The position numbers were made by a program, and so were the translations under genes. A stretch of 60,598 bases of DNA, filler included, from Squatina squatina (taxonomy: Eukaryota): the NCBI GenBank assembly GCA_031763465.1. It is 4 parts of 4 records of this genome, joined end to end, with 100 filler letters (N's around TTAATTAATTAA, not from the genome) between each part and the next. Parts side by side here need not be neighbours in the genome. Positions count along the whole stretch, not along the records: positions 1 to 15,206 come from JARFOE010000100.1; 3 more parts are not named here. One strand, given 5' to 3'. This document shows positions 1 through 9,640 of the stretch, one piece after another. Under the pieces are notes generated by a model. It saw only the letters and a program-made list of their open reading frames with translations. It was not told where the DNA came from and did no database searches. Numbering within the stretch: the first letter of the stretch is position 1; every line of letters starts with the position of its first letter.

Positions 1-235
1 GTTGCCATTACCACCTCTGATTGCCTTGCATCATCTCCTAATCTCTTCTGCCTTCCACCCAATCAGTGATCTTTCCCTTTGTTCTTCCCTCCCTTACCCT
101 GCCGGTGCTTTAAAACCTGCTGTATTTCTGGCTTTTCTCAGTTGTGACGAAGGGTCATCGACCCGAAATGTTAACTGTTTTTCTCCCCACAGATGCTGCC
201 TGACCTGCTGAGTTTATCCAGCGTTTTTTGTTTAT
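1..235 (+). mobile_element. Penelope-like element terminal repeat fragment containing a degenerate minimal hammerhead ribozyme
   Basis: CAGTT-GTGACGA-A-GGGTC-ATC-GACCC-GAAA-TG-TT-AACTG at 139-177, followed by CCACAGATGCTGCCTGACCTGCTGAGT; the same sequence recurs inverted at 32197-32272. Confidence 0.6.
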
Positions 236-343
236 AAACTAGAATTCCATGTCCAGTGTGTTAAATTCACCACATCAAGCAGTACCCCTCCCACCATTTC
301 AACTTTGAGTATCAGAAGAAGCTAGTATAGTCAGTATTGTTAC

Positions 344-473
344 CTGGAAATTGGTAATGAGAGGCACTCCATGATCGATGGCCATTCTTCGGATCAAGTA
401 GTTTTCCCTCATAAAGCGTGTGTTGTTGTTGGGCAGGTTTATCACCAGGTCAATGACTCCTTCATGTATTAGT
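344..473 (-). CDS. CPS1: Carbamoyl-phosphate synthetase I/III, internal exon of the C-terminal N-acetylglutamate-binding domain
   Basis: Encodes [43 protein letters not shown], bounded by AG and GTAAC; INLPNNN/NY matches CPS1/CPS III rather than CAD. Confidence 0.93.
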
Positions 474-1123
474 CTGGAAAGAGAATGGAGGAGAGTCAGC
501 GACTCTTTCAGTAAATAAAGCATGCTGAAATCGGCTCACCTTTCTCAATAAACCCATCTCTACCAAGCACACATTGGAAATTCCAATTTATCCTCAGAAG
601 TCCATGTAAAGGAAGGAAGTCATGTAGTGTCTCAAATTAGTGTTGGTTGCAAAGGAGCACTGCTGATAGTCTTTACACTGGTAAATGTTATTTCTGTGAC
701 CATGAGACTTATCCAATGTTGATGGGGTTATTTAAACATTTATTATATTTAGAATTATTTTGGGTTTTTTGCTGCAAGGTCAGAATTTTGTCCATTTAAG
801 GGACTAAACATCTATCTAATCTAAAAGATCCAATTTTCCCACACATTTGGTCAACATTTGGAGTATAAAGCATGGGTCACCGAAAGCTACCATTTCAATA
901 AATACTGACAGGTACAGAGGGAAAAAAAAGTCCGTATTGTTGTCACACACTCAGCTTATTAATGGCAAGTTTTGGGCCCCCTGTCCCTTCACTAGGAGTT
1001 CCAGCTTACCCAGATCCCTCTTCCCTTCTGATGATAAACCCACTTGTCAAACAATCAGCAAGGAGATAAGTGATCTTTAACCATCCAATGCCTCTTAGTG
1101 CTACGTACATTACATTAGGTGAA

Positions 1124-1364
1124 TGGCCCTGAAATTGCGATCGGAGGCTTCCTGTGTGCGGCTGCCTCTGATTGCAATTATCTCTACGTACTTACCTAAG
1201 GGTCCTGGATCCACGCGGCCATGCGATATCCAGCCCCCCCGAGTTGGAGATTCGGTGCGGGGGTCTCTAGTTTCCCGGGCAAGTCGATCGAAGAGGCTGG
1301 AGAGGTCACATGGGAGGCCCCAGCCAATCAGGTAGGTGTATCTTTTATTGAAGTTTTGACAGTT
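1124..1364. mobile_element. Harbinger-like non-autonomous DNA element end
   Basis: Starts TGGCCCTGAAATT, the same terminal motif as the element at 55857; CpG-rich and truncated by a gap. Confidence 0.4.
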
Positions 1365-1464
1365 CNNNNNNNNNNNNNNNNNNNNNNNNNNNNNNNNNNN
1401 NNNNNNNNNNNNNNNNNNNNNNNNNNNNNNNNNNNNNNNNNNNNNNNNNNNNNNNNNNNNNNNN

Positions 1465-1608
1465 NTTGGGCATTAAGGGAATCAAGGGATATGGAGATAG
1501 TGCAGGAATGTGGAGTTGAGGTTGAAGATCAGCCATGATCATATTGAATGGCGGAGCAGGCTCCAAGGGCCAAATGACCTACTCCTGCTCCTATTTCTTA
1601 TGTTCTTG
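1465..1608 (+). mobile_element. CR1/HER1-type LINE (or HE1-SINE-shared) 3' tail
   Basis: GATCAGCCATGATCATATTGAATGGCGGAGCAGGCTC...CCTACTCCTGCTCCTATTTCTTATGTTCTT; this motif recurs many times in the window. Confidence 0.75.
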
Positions 1609-1940
1609 TGTCCATATTAACTACTAATTGTAGGAGCATGCTAGTAAAGGTTCAGTGCTGCTTCTGAGCAGAGTGCTCATGTCATAATAGACGGGAGAGG
1701 CCAGCGTGTGTGTGCGTCAGTGTATTGCCAATAATGTACGTGCACAACAGTGGCTTTCTTTCTTGGGAGATGGCCTACCCAGAAGCTGGCTCCTCTTTAA
1801 TGCAGAAAGCTGGGAGACCGGGCACGCTACCAAGAGGCGAGGCCAAAATCAAACCCATGGGTGCCATATGAGTGTCACTACAAACACATGCAAGGTCTGG
1901 ACCACTGTGGGCGAGGCTGAAGCTACTTTCCAAACTGTAC

Positions 1941-2039
1941 CTGAATTCCAATTAGGATCCCTTTCTGAGGTAATTTGAAGCCAGTGGACAGTATCGCCTT
2001 CAGGAATGCAGAATAAATATTGGGCCCAAAGCAAGCAAC
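1941..2039 (-). CDS. CPS1: CPS I/III internal exon (99 bp)
   Basis: ttctgcag|[33 protein letters not shown]|gtacag; this frame is not shown in the ORF track. Confidence 0.93.
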
Positions 2040-2229
2040 CTGCAGAAACAGAAGCAGACCAATCCCGTTCATCTGCTGCAATATCAGATAATACCTACAC
2101 ACTTGTATGTATTTTAAATAGAATGTCCAATGTTATTCTATTTAGGCTCAGTACTAGCACTCTGGCCTTGGAGTCAGAGGTTATGGGTTCAAGCTCCACT
2201 CCAGAGACCGCAGCACAAAATGTAGACAC

Positions 2230-2668
2230 ACGCTTCAAACTCAGGATGACCCAAAGCACTTTGCAGCCAATTAAGTACTTCTGAAGAGCTGTCACTGTTG
2301 TAATGTGGGAAACACGGCAGCTAATTTGCGCACAGCAAGCTCCCACAAACAGCGATGCGATAATGACCAGATAATCTATTTTTAGTGATGTTAATTGAGG
2401 GAAAAATTTTGGCCAGGACACCGGGGATAACTCCCATGTTCTTCTTCAAAATAGTGCCACAGGATCTTTTACATCCACCTGAGAGCGCAGATGGGGCCTC
2501 GGTTTAACGTCTCTTCCAAAAGGTGGCACCTCCAATAGTGAAACGCTCCCTCAGCATTGCACTGGAGTGTCAGCCTAGATTATTGTGCTCAAGTCCCTGG
2601 AGTGGGACTTGAAGCCACAACCTTCTGACTCAGGTGAGAGTACTACCCACTGAGCCACGGCTGACACT
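2230..2668 (-). mobile_element. tRNA-headed Deu-domain SINE (SacSINE1-like), near full length
   Basis: The minus strand reads TGGCTCAGTGGGTAG (A box), GGCTTCAAGTCC (B box), then the Deu core GGAGGTGCC...AAACCGAGGCCCC...GGCACTATTTTGAAGAAGA. Confidence 0.75.
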
Positions 2669-2825
2669 CAAATGTTGAAAGGCGCTGCATACATACAGTT
2701 AATTAATTTCTTTTTCTTTCTACCCNNNNNNNNNNNNNNNNNNNNNNNNNNNNNNNNNNNNNNNNNNNNNNNNNNNNNNNNNNNNNNNNNNNNNNNNNNN
2801 NNNNNNNNNNNNNNNNNNNNNNNNN

Positions 2826-3180
2826 AGTGATTACCAGGAGGGCAGAGGAAGCGCTTCAAGGACATCCTCAAAGCCTCCCTGAAAAAATATAACATCCCAA
2901 CTGACTCCTAGGAATCTCTGTTCCCTAGACCGCCCGAACTGGAGAAGAAGCATCTGCAAAGGCGCCAACCATTTCGAGCTTCTCCGGCAGGAGCACGTGG
3001 AGACCGAGTGCAGGCAGCGGAAGGAGTGCGCGGAAACCCGAGCATCCCATCCTCTCACCCCATCAAATGGTAGAGTTTGTGGATCCCGGATAGGAATGTT
3101 CAGTCATCTCAGAACCCACAACTCCAGAGTGCAAGCAAGTCATCCTCGACCTCGAGGGACTGTCTAAGAGAAGATTTAAA
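2826..3180 (+). mobile_element. RTE-clade LINE 3' fragment
   Basis: Encodes GGQRKRFKDILKASLKKYNI...DRPNWRRSI, typical of the RTE ORF C-terminus; contains a stop codon. Confidence 0.7.
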
Positions 3181-3229
3181 TCAATATGCAAAGTGCCCTT
3201 GCAATGAACAAATTAACGGGTGTGAAATT

Positions 3230-3734
3230 TTAACCTTTAAAATGTTTCTTACTTTTTGGTCGCTAATGCATAAACCACAGCCCTTCCTCCTCGCTGCTAA
3301 TGAAGTGAGTCGCACATCGAAAAAGAATGACATCGGCTCATCATCACGGAGTTCTGCCATCTGCTCGCCCCAGGTCTTCAGTCACAAACTAGAGTCAGGA
3401 CAGCTCTGTCTGTAGCAGTCAAGGTAACCATTGCCCTCAACTTTTTCACCAATGGCTTTTCCTATCACTGCTAACCCCAGGCGGCACCTGCGATTTCAAC
3501 GATGAATTTACTGCCTGGTCGCTCAGGGACGGAGTGCACAGTGATGATGTCATGATAACCGTGTGCCGCCGGAAATGGCACCATGCTGGGCCGCAGACAC
3601 GTCTCCTATGGGCGCCTCTGCAAGACTGGCCCTGAATGTCCCGCTAGGCGGACCAATGCTGAAAACTTTTTTTTAAAAACGTTTAGCGCCCTGGGAATGC
3701 CTACGACAGGTAAGACACCATCAATTTCGGCCCC
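3230..3734. mobile_element. Harbinger-like non-autonomous element (right end)
   Basis: Ends CAATTTCGGCCCC; internal GTGCACAGTGATGATGTCA is shared with the Harbinger right end near 42265. Confidence 0.45.
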
Positions 3735-3754
3735 AAAGTTGACCCCAAAGTGTA

Positions 3755-4100
3755 GTTGACACTGAGCCACACAGACAGATATTGGGACAAGCGACCGAAA
3801 GCTCGATAAAAGAGGTAGATGTTAAGGAGTGTCTTAAAGGAGGAAGGTGAGGTAGAGCGGTTTAAGGAGGGAATTCCAGAGCTTAGGGTCTAGGCAGCTG
3901 AAGGCACAGCTGCGAATGGTGGAGCGATGAAAATCGGGAATGGACAGGCAGCAGAATGAGAGGAGCGCAGAGATCTCCAAGGGTTGTAGGGCTGGAAGGG
4001 TTTAGAGAGATAGGGATGGGCAAGACCATGGAGGGATTTGAACACAAGGATAAGCATTTTCAAATCGAGGCTCGCTGGTCCAGGAGCCAGGAGGGTGGTA
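3755..4100 (-). mobile_element. L2-clade LINE 3' fragment
   Basis: Encodes LILVFKSLHGLAHPYLS...PYNPWRSLRSS, characteristic of the L2 ORF2 C-terminus. Confidence 0.7.
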
Positions 4101-4131
4101 AGAGGGTACAGCATAGAGATATTAGGAGGTA

Positions 4132-4212
4132 GTCAGAGTGCGGAGACTTCAGCCTGGGGTCAGAGTGCGGAGACTTCAGCCTGGGGTCAGAGTGCGGAGA
4201 CTTCAGCCTGGG
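4132..4212. repeat. Perfect tandem repeat, 3 x 27 bp
   Basis: GTCAGAGTGCGGAGACTTCAGCCTGGG occurs three times. Confidence 0.95.
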
Positions 4213-4388
4213 GTTATTGAGATCAGCTAATGCAAGTGTATACCAGAGATTGAAAGCAGGCCCTTCTAGCTTATTATGACTTTGTAATGTTGAGAATGAT
4301 GGTCTCCAATGAAGGATAGGTGCACACACACACAAATACATGCACACTTACAGAGCCCTGCTGAGGCAGAGTACGTCAAGTGACTGAC

Positions 4389-4530
4389 CTGCTTAATCTG
4401 TGGTTTAATGTTCCTGCTTATCCTCAGCTTTCTTGCATCGAGTTCAGTTAGGCCAATGCAGTCCCCAATCTGGCGGTCTGAAAATCCGTCTTGCTTCGCT
4501 TTTAGCAGCAGCTTGTCAGTGATGGTTTCA
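4389..4530 (-). CDS. CPS1: CPS I/III internal exon (142 bp)
   Basis: catcag|ETITDKLLLKAKQDGFSDRQIGDCIGLTELDARKLRISRNIKPQIKQ|gtcagt; contains the AK..GFSD.QI motif. Confidence 0.92.
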
Positions 4531-4738
4531 CTGATGGGAGAAAGAGCACAGCAGGTAAAGCAACAATACAACATGGCGGCTGTATAATTTGCTCCCCCAA
4601 TCCTACATGCTTCACTAATGTAACCTTACACCATNNNNNNNNNNNNNNNNNNNNNNNNNNNNNNNNNNNNNNNNNNNNNNNNNNNNNNNNNNNNNNNNNN
4701 NNNNNNNNNNNNNNNNNNNNNNNNNNNNNNNNNNTTAC

Positions 4739-4883
4739 CTGTATGGATTCCCAAGGGGTCAAAGTTCTCCATGTTACACACAGTGACACAATTATCAGCT
4801 GCATCTCGCACCACCTCATACTCCACCTCCTTCCAGCCCAGCAGCGACTGCTCTACAAGGATTTGAGTGGTCATAGCCAAGGC
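4739..4883 (-). CDS. CPS1: CPS I/III internal exon (145 bp), bicarbonate-phosphorylation ATP-grasp domain
   Basis: [49 protein letters not shown]|gtaa. Confidence 0.92.
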
Positions 4884-5695
4884 CTCGAGAGAAGGAAACC
4901 AAAGCCATTAGAAACATAGCACGAGCCTTCAAAACAGAGAATGCGGACAACATTTAAACTGCATCTAGAACAGACCAAGCCCAGTACTCTGTCATTAAGC
5001 AGTTTTACAGTGAAGGATCTATTCAGTACATACATCAATGATTTGACTGTAGAACTAGAGGAAGTGGAGTACAAATTGTAGCTGGCAAATGGGCACGAGT
5101 CCAGGACCTGAGCACTGTCCTGTGAAACTTGCTAGAAAGAGCATGTGGATGTTGGGGTGGGGTGCAGGTGTAGAGAGATCCAAATTTGGTGGATACGCCC
5201 TTTGTGTTTGAACAGCCTGCCAGCACACCCTGTCCAGGCTTGCTCATGCAGAATGAGCGCTTGGGTCAGATACCAAACGGCTGCTGGNNNNNNNNNNNNN
5301 NNNNNNNNNNNNNNNNNNNNNNNNNNNNNNNNNNNNNNNNNNNNNNNNNNNNNNNNNNNNNNNNNNNNNNNNNNNNNNNNNNNNNNNTTTCTTTGCAAAT
5401 GTTTTTCCCCCGTTGCCGAATTGAGCAAACGACCAAACTGGCTGGCAGTGCTGGAGGTCCGGATCCAGGTCCTTTTGTACCACTGTGTTTGATGACCCGG
5501 CAGTGTCACTGACGTTAATGGTTTGCAGGCAGCGACCTCGTGTCTGGTTATTTCACTTCAGTTCGATCTCGGGGTTCTCTTGTGAAGTGATGAAATCACA
5601 TCAGCTGCTTACAACACAGCAGTCCCTCCAGTGTTAATATGGTTATGACCAGTTCAGTCTATCTTGGCCTAGAAAGTCTGCTCCATTTTCATCCT

Positions 5696-5768
5696 TCAAA
5701 TTGCACTTGAAATAAGTCCATGCAGAGGTAATGTTGCTGGGGCTTCAATGAGAGAAATTCTCAGGTAC
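5696..5768 (-). CDS. CCNA1: Cyclin A1-like, last coding exon
   Basis: ctctcag|(K)YLRISLIEAPATLPLHGLISSAI*; in phase with the upstream exon across a 77-bp GT-AG intron. Confidence 0.8.
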
Positions 5769-5845
5769 CTGAGAGAAGCAGATTTTTTTTGTTGAAAGTT
5801 GTGTTAAAAAAGACACTTATGTTAAACTTAAAAACCCCAACTTAC

Positions 5846-5979
5846 TTGGCACTCTTGTATTTTTCTTTAATGGCTTGTTGTGGCTGGAATTTGGCTTGGA
5901 GAAAGGTCTTGTGCAAGTCATTCAGACAAGGTACAATATCAACCAATGAGTAGCCAGTAAATGCAGCAAGAGATTCAGG
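5846..5979 (-). CDS. CCNA1: Cyclin A1-like, penultimate exon (134 bp)
   Basis: gacag|[44 protein letters not shown]|gtaag; [14 protein letters not shown] and PQQAI.EKYK match cyclin A1 better than A2. Confidence 0.85.
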
Positions 5980-6739
5980 CTGTCAAATAGACAAGATAGT
6001 TACAAGCTCAAAAGATCAGTTTCATGAGTACACAGTCATTAGAAGTTGATTTCTAAATTTAGAAATCAAGAGTTTACTCAGTAACTGGTTAAACTAGCTA
6101 AAAATGTTATGCAAGGCAATAAAACTGGAAAACTGCAAGGCTTAAANNNNNNNNNNNNNNNNNNNNNNNNNNNNNNNNNNNNNNNNNNNNNNNNNNNNNN
6201 NNNNNNNNNNNNNNNNNNNNNNNNNNNNNNNNNNNNNNNNNNNNNNACACATGTACCTTTCAGTAAGATCACTGGCTAATGATCAGGCGAGGGAATCCTG
6301 ATTTAAATTTACAATCCTTAGCCTGGGATAACGAACCTAACCGTAAAGCAGTCCTGCATGTGCTAACCAACCCAGAACAGGCCAGGGATTCAAGCATAGA
6401 GCTCCCTGGTGTGAATGAATTAGACCACAACATTTAAACGCAGGCCAATCAGGCAGATCAATATGTGATTCTTTCGAAGAAATATTGACCAAGCAAATCC
6501 AATTTCCACCTATTTATAGATGGGCTCTCCTGACTCTTCTACAATAAAAACATTTACTTTCCTTCTATTAATAGTTGTAATCTAATAAAGCTTTTTATAT
6601 CTTGAGATGTTATGGCACTAGATTAGAATCCTGATGAAGTTACTTCTGGGCCTCATTCCAATAAACCTGAGGACCTTTTCCAACAGCTCTGAGGTCANNN
6701 NNNNNNNGTACCTTTTGCTCTTTTACATCTCCAGCATGT

Positions 6740-7090
6740 ACATGAGACTTGAGGGCATAATCCAGGCCAACACTCCAGTGTAGTACTGAGGGCGTCTTTC
6801 AAGTGAGATGTTAAACTGAGTCTGCCATGTTACGCCAACAGAAATGCTCTCACAACACTATTTCAAAGAAGAGCAGGGGAGATCTTCCAGTGTCCTGGAC
6901 AATATTTAGCCCCCAATCAACATCACTAAAAACAAATTGTTTGATCATGTTACTCACAGCTGTTTGTGGGATCTTGTTGTGTGCAAATTGGCTGCCATGT
7001 TTCCGACAACAGTAACTACACTTCAAAAGTACATTGTGTGTGAAGCACTTTGGGAAGCCTGAAATTATAAATGAGTTCCTTCTTTACTTT
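6740..7090 (+). mobile_element. Deu-domain SINE, degraded
   Basis: GAAGAGCAGGGGAG...GTGTCCTGG...TGTTTGTGGGATCTTG...CAAATTGGCTGCC; homologous to 2230-2668. Confidence 0.7.
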
Positions 7091-7210
7091 CTTAAATAAG
7101 CAAACAAACCTCAATGATAGCATCGTAAATGATGACTGAGGTAAATTGATTGATAACCTTCAATCAAGGAAACTGAAGTGGGCTTCTAGTTTTTTCTGGA
7201 TGCTCATCTT

Positions 7211-7374
7211 TCAGTATCAGCTTGTCCCAGACTGTAGCACTCTCACCCCTGAGTTAGAGGCACATGGGAACAGGAGGAGGCCATTCAGTCCCTCAGTATC
7301 AGCCTGGCTCAGACTGTAGCACTCTCACCCCCGAGTTATAGGGACATGGGAACAGGAGGAGGCCATTCAGTCCC
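7211..7374. repeat. Tandem duplication, 2 x 82 bp, spanning a SINE-head / antisense CR1-tail junction
   Basis: TCAGTATCAGC...CAGACTGTAGCACTCTCACCCC.GAGTTA...CATGGGAACAGGAGGAGGCCATTCAGTCCC occurs at 7211 and 7293. Confidence 0.85.
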
Positions 7375-7532
7375 TTCAGCCATTGAATTAGATCATGGCT
7401 GATTTTTACCTAAACTCGATTTACCCACCTTTGATCCCTATACCTTGACACCCTTACCTAACAAAAATACGCTACGCTCAGGCAACGCATTCCAGATCAC
7501 AACAACTCGCTGCGTAAAAAGTGTCTCATCTC

Positions 7533-7694
7533 CAATGTTTCCTCAAATTCTTTTTGGCCCTTTTAACAGGCTGCGCTGACCATTCTAAATTTTGCGCATG
7601 AGCATTTTTTTCCACTTAGAAGCCAGTGAGTGGCTGCCCGAGAGATCCAGAGCACTGCTCGGTTGCGTGGCCAGACAGCTTAAAAGGAACATTG
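7533..7694. mobile_element. hAT-like MITE nested in a CR1 fragment
   Basis: Imperfect terminal inverted repeats CAATGTTTCCTC / AAAAGGAACATTG; antisense CR1 sequence resumes on both sides; no clean TSD. Confidence 0.45.
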
Positions 7695-8121
7695 CTTAGC
7701 GGCCCCCGGATACAACCACAATTACCTTAAATCTGTGTCCTCTGGTTATTGACCCTCCTGCCAGTGGAAACAGTTTCTCTCCATCTACTCAATCGAAGCT
7801 CCTCATGATTTTGAACGCCTCCCCTTAGCCTTCTCCACTCGAAGGAGAACAGTCTCAGATTCTCCAGTCTCTCCACATAACTGAAGTCCAGGAACATCCT
7901 AAGAGACAATGATAATATGCTGTATAAACGCAAGTTCCTTCTTTTTCAAAACAGTTGTTCTCTGAAACTGGGCCTGTAAGGGGTTTGATACTCAGCTCTC
8001 TTTCCCATGGGCTGTAAGGNNNNNNNNNNNNNNNNNNNNNNNNNNNNNNNNNNNNNNNNNNNNNNNNNNNNNNNNNNNNNNNNNNNNNNNNNNNNNNNNN
8101 NNNNNNNNNNNNNNNNNNNTT

Positions 8122-8601
8122 GAGGAACACAGGTAAAGGGACCTTGGGGAACTCCGGTGAAGGGACCTTGGGGAACACGAGTAAAGGGGCTTTTAGAAAC
8201 TGCACTCAATGGACCATGGAGTACTCCAGTGAAGGGACCGAAGGGATCTCCAGTAAAAGGACCTTGGGGAACTCCAATAAAGGGACCTTGTGGAACATCA
8301 GTAAAAGGGCCTTGGTGAACTCCAACAAAAGGGAACTTGTGGAACTCCAGTGAATGGACATTACGGAACTCCAGTAAAGGGACCTTGGGGATCTCCAGTA
8401 ATGGGGCCTCAGGGAACTCCAGTAAAGGGACCTTGGGGAACTCCAATAAAGGGACCTTGGGAATTTACAATAAAGGGACATTGGAGAAGTCCAGTAAAAG
8501 GACCTTGGGGAACTCCAATAAAGGGACCATGTGGAACATCGGTAAAGGGGCCTTGGGGAACTCCAATAAAAGGATCTTGGGGAACCCCAACAAAAGGGAA
8601 C
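8122..8601. repeat. 24-bp minisatellite, about 20 diverged copies
   Basis: Consensus GGAACTCCAGTAAAGGGACCTTGG; accounts for the overlapping repetitive ORFs at 7946-8756. Confidence 0.92.
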
Positions 8602-8779
8602 AAATTGTGGTGAAAGATAGAACTGTAGGCTGGTTGCTGATTGATTTCTCAGGTAGAGTGCATAAGAAACAGTTGGATGTAGATGGGCATCACCAGGATA
8701 TAGAGTGCAAAACTCAACTTAATATTGGGAATTTTCCAGAATTGATTTTCAGGTAAAATACGTTCGTTTAGGAACACAG

Positions 8780-9075
8780 CAATTTTGTTTGCCCTAGTTG
8801 CTGTTTACATAGATGTTTCACAGGAGTTGCTGACTTTGAGAGTTTTTTTATTGATTGTATTTACATGGAAAAGCACCAGTAGGTAGCAGTGACCTTGGTA
8901 AGGACAGTGGGAGTGACGTCACCAAGATTTGACTGGACTTGAGGGAACATGTTGAAAGGGAGTGCAGTCTGATCCAGTGCTGAAAACTGTTTTTGTCATT
9001 TTATTTGCTGTCGGTTTCAGATAACCTCAAAGCTAGTGCAGAATGGCAGGTGACTTGTCCTTATTGCATAATCTG
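8780..9075. promoter_or_regulatory. Candidate hepatic enhancer (FOXA, HNF4-like, HNF6, NR5A, CRE and C/EBP motifs)
   Basis: TGTTTGC 8786, TGTTTAC 8802, TGACTTTG 8831, TATTGATT 8849, TGACCTTGG 8890, TGACGTCA 8914, ATTGCATAAT 9063. Confidence 0.45.
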
Positions 9076-9448
9076 CATTTCTGATAACCTTGGAATTAAT
9101 GATGACATTATCAGCAGCCATTGACCAATCTACTCCAATAGCCTTCAAAAACTAATTTCAAGTATATGGATTAATTTCCAGTTCTCTAGGTTAGTAGCTG
9201 TTTGACATCCACAGAACCGTTTGGGTTCAATGCAGTGTATGTTTAAACACAGCAGAAATACTGAGTTAGTTAACTTGGCAGGTGTTTTATCCATTCACTA
9301 CTCCCATACCTATTATTTCACAGAATGTAATGGTTTTCTCAACAGTGANNNNNNNNNNNNNNNNNNNNNNNNNNNNNNNNNNNNNNNNNNNNNNNNNNNN
9401 NNNNNNNNNNNNNNNNNNNNNNNNNNNNNNNNNNNNNNNNNNNNNNNN

Positions 9449-9640
9449 GAGGACACAGAGTTAAGGTAATTGGCAAAAGAACCAGAGGAGAGATGAGGAG
9501 AAATGTTTTTACGCAGTGAGTTGTTGTGATCTGGAATGTACTGCCTGAAAGGGCGGTGAAAACAGATTCAACAATAACTTTCAAAAGGAAATTGGATAAA
9601 TACTTGAAGGTGAACAAATTGTAGAACTATGGAGAAAGAC
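9449..9640 (+). mobile_element. CR1-type LINE 3' fragment
   Basis: Encodes ...RGEMRRNVFTQ*VVVIWNVLPERAVKTDSTITFKRKLDKYLK, the CR1 ORF2 C-terminus. Confidence 0.7.

Noticed and set aside
2144-2210. tRNA gene
   Set aside because: A/B-box-like sequence without a cloverleaf; it is a SINE head.
5035-5287. Possible Tx1-like LINE or coding fragment
   Set aside because: The resemblance is too faint to call.
8122-8601. CRISPR-like array or ice-nucleation-type octapeptide gene
   Set aside because: The units are contiguous with no unique spacers, the context is vertebrate, and the frames are broken by an indel and stops.
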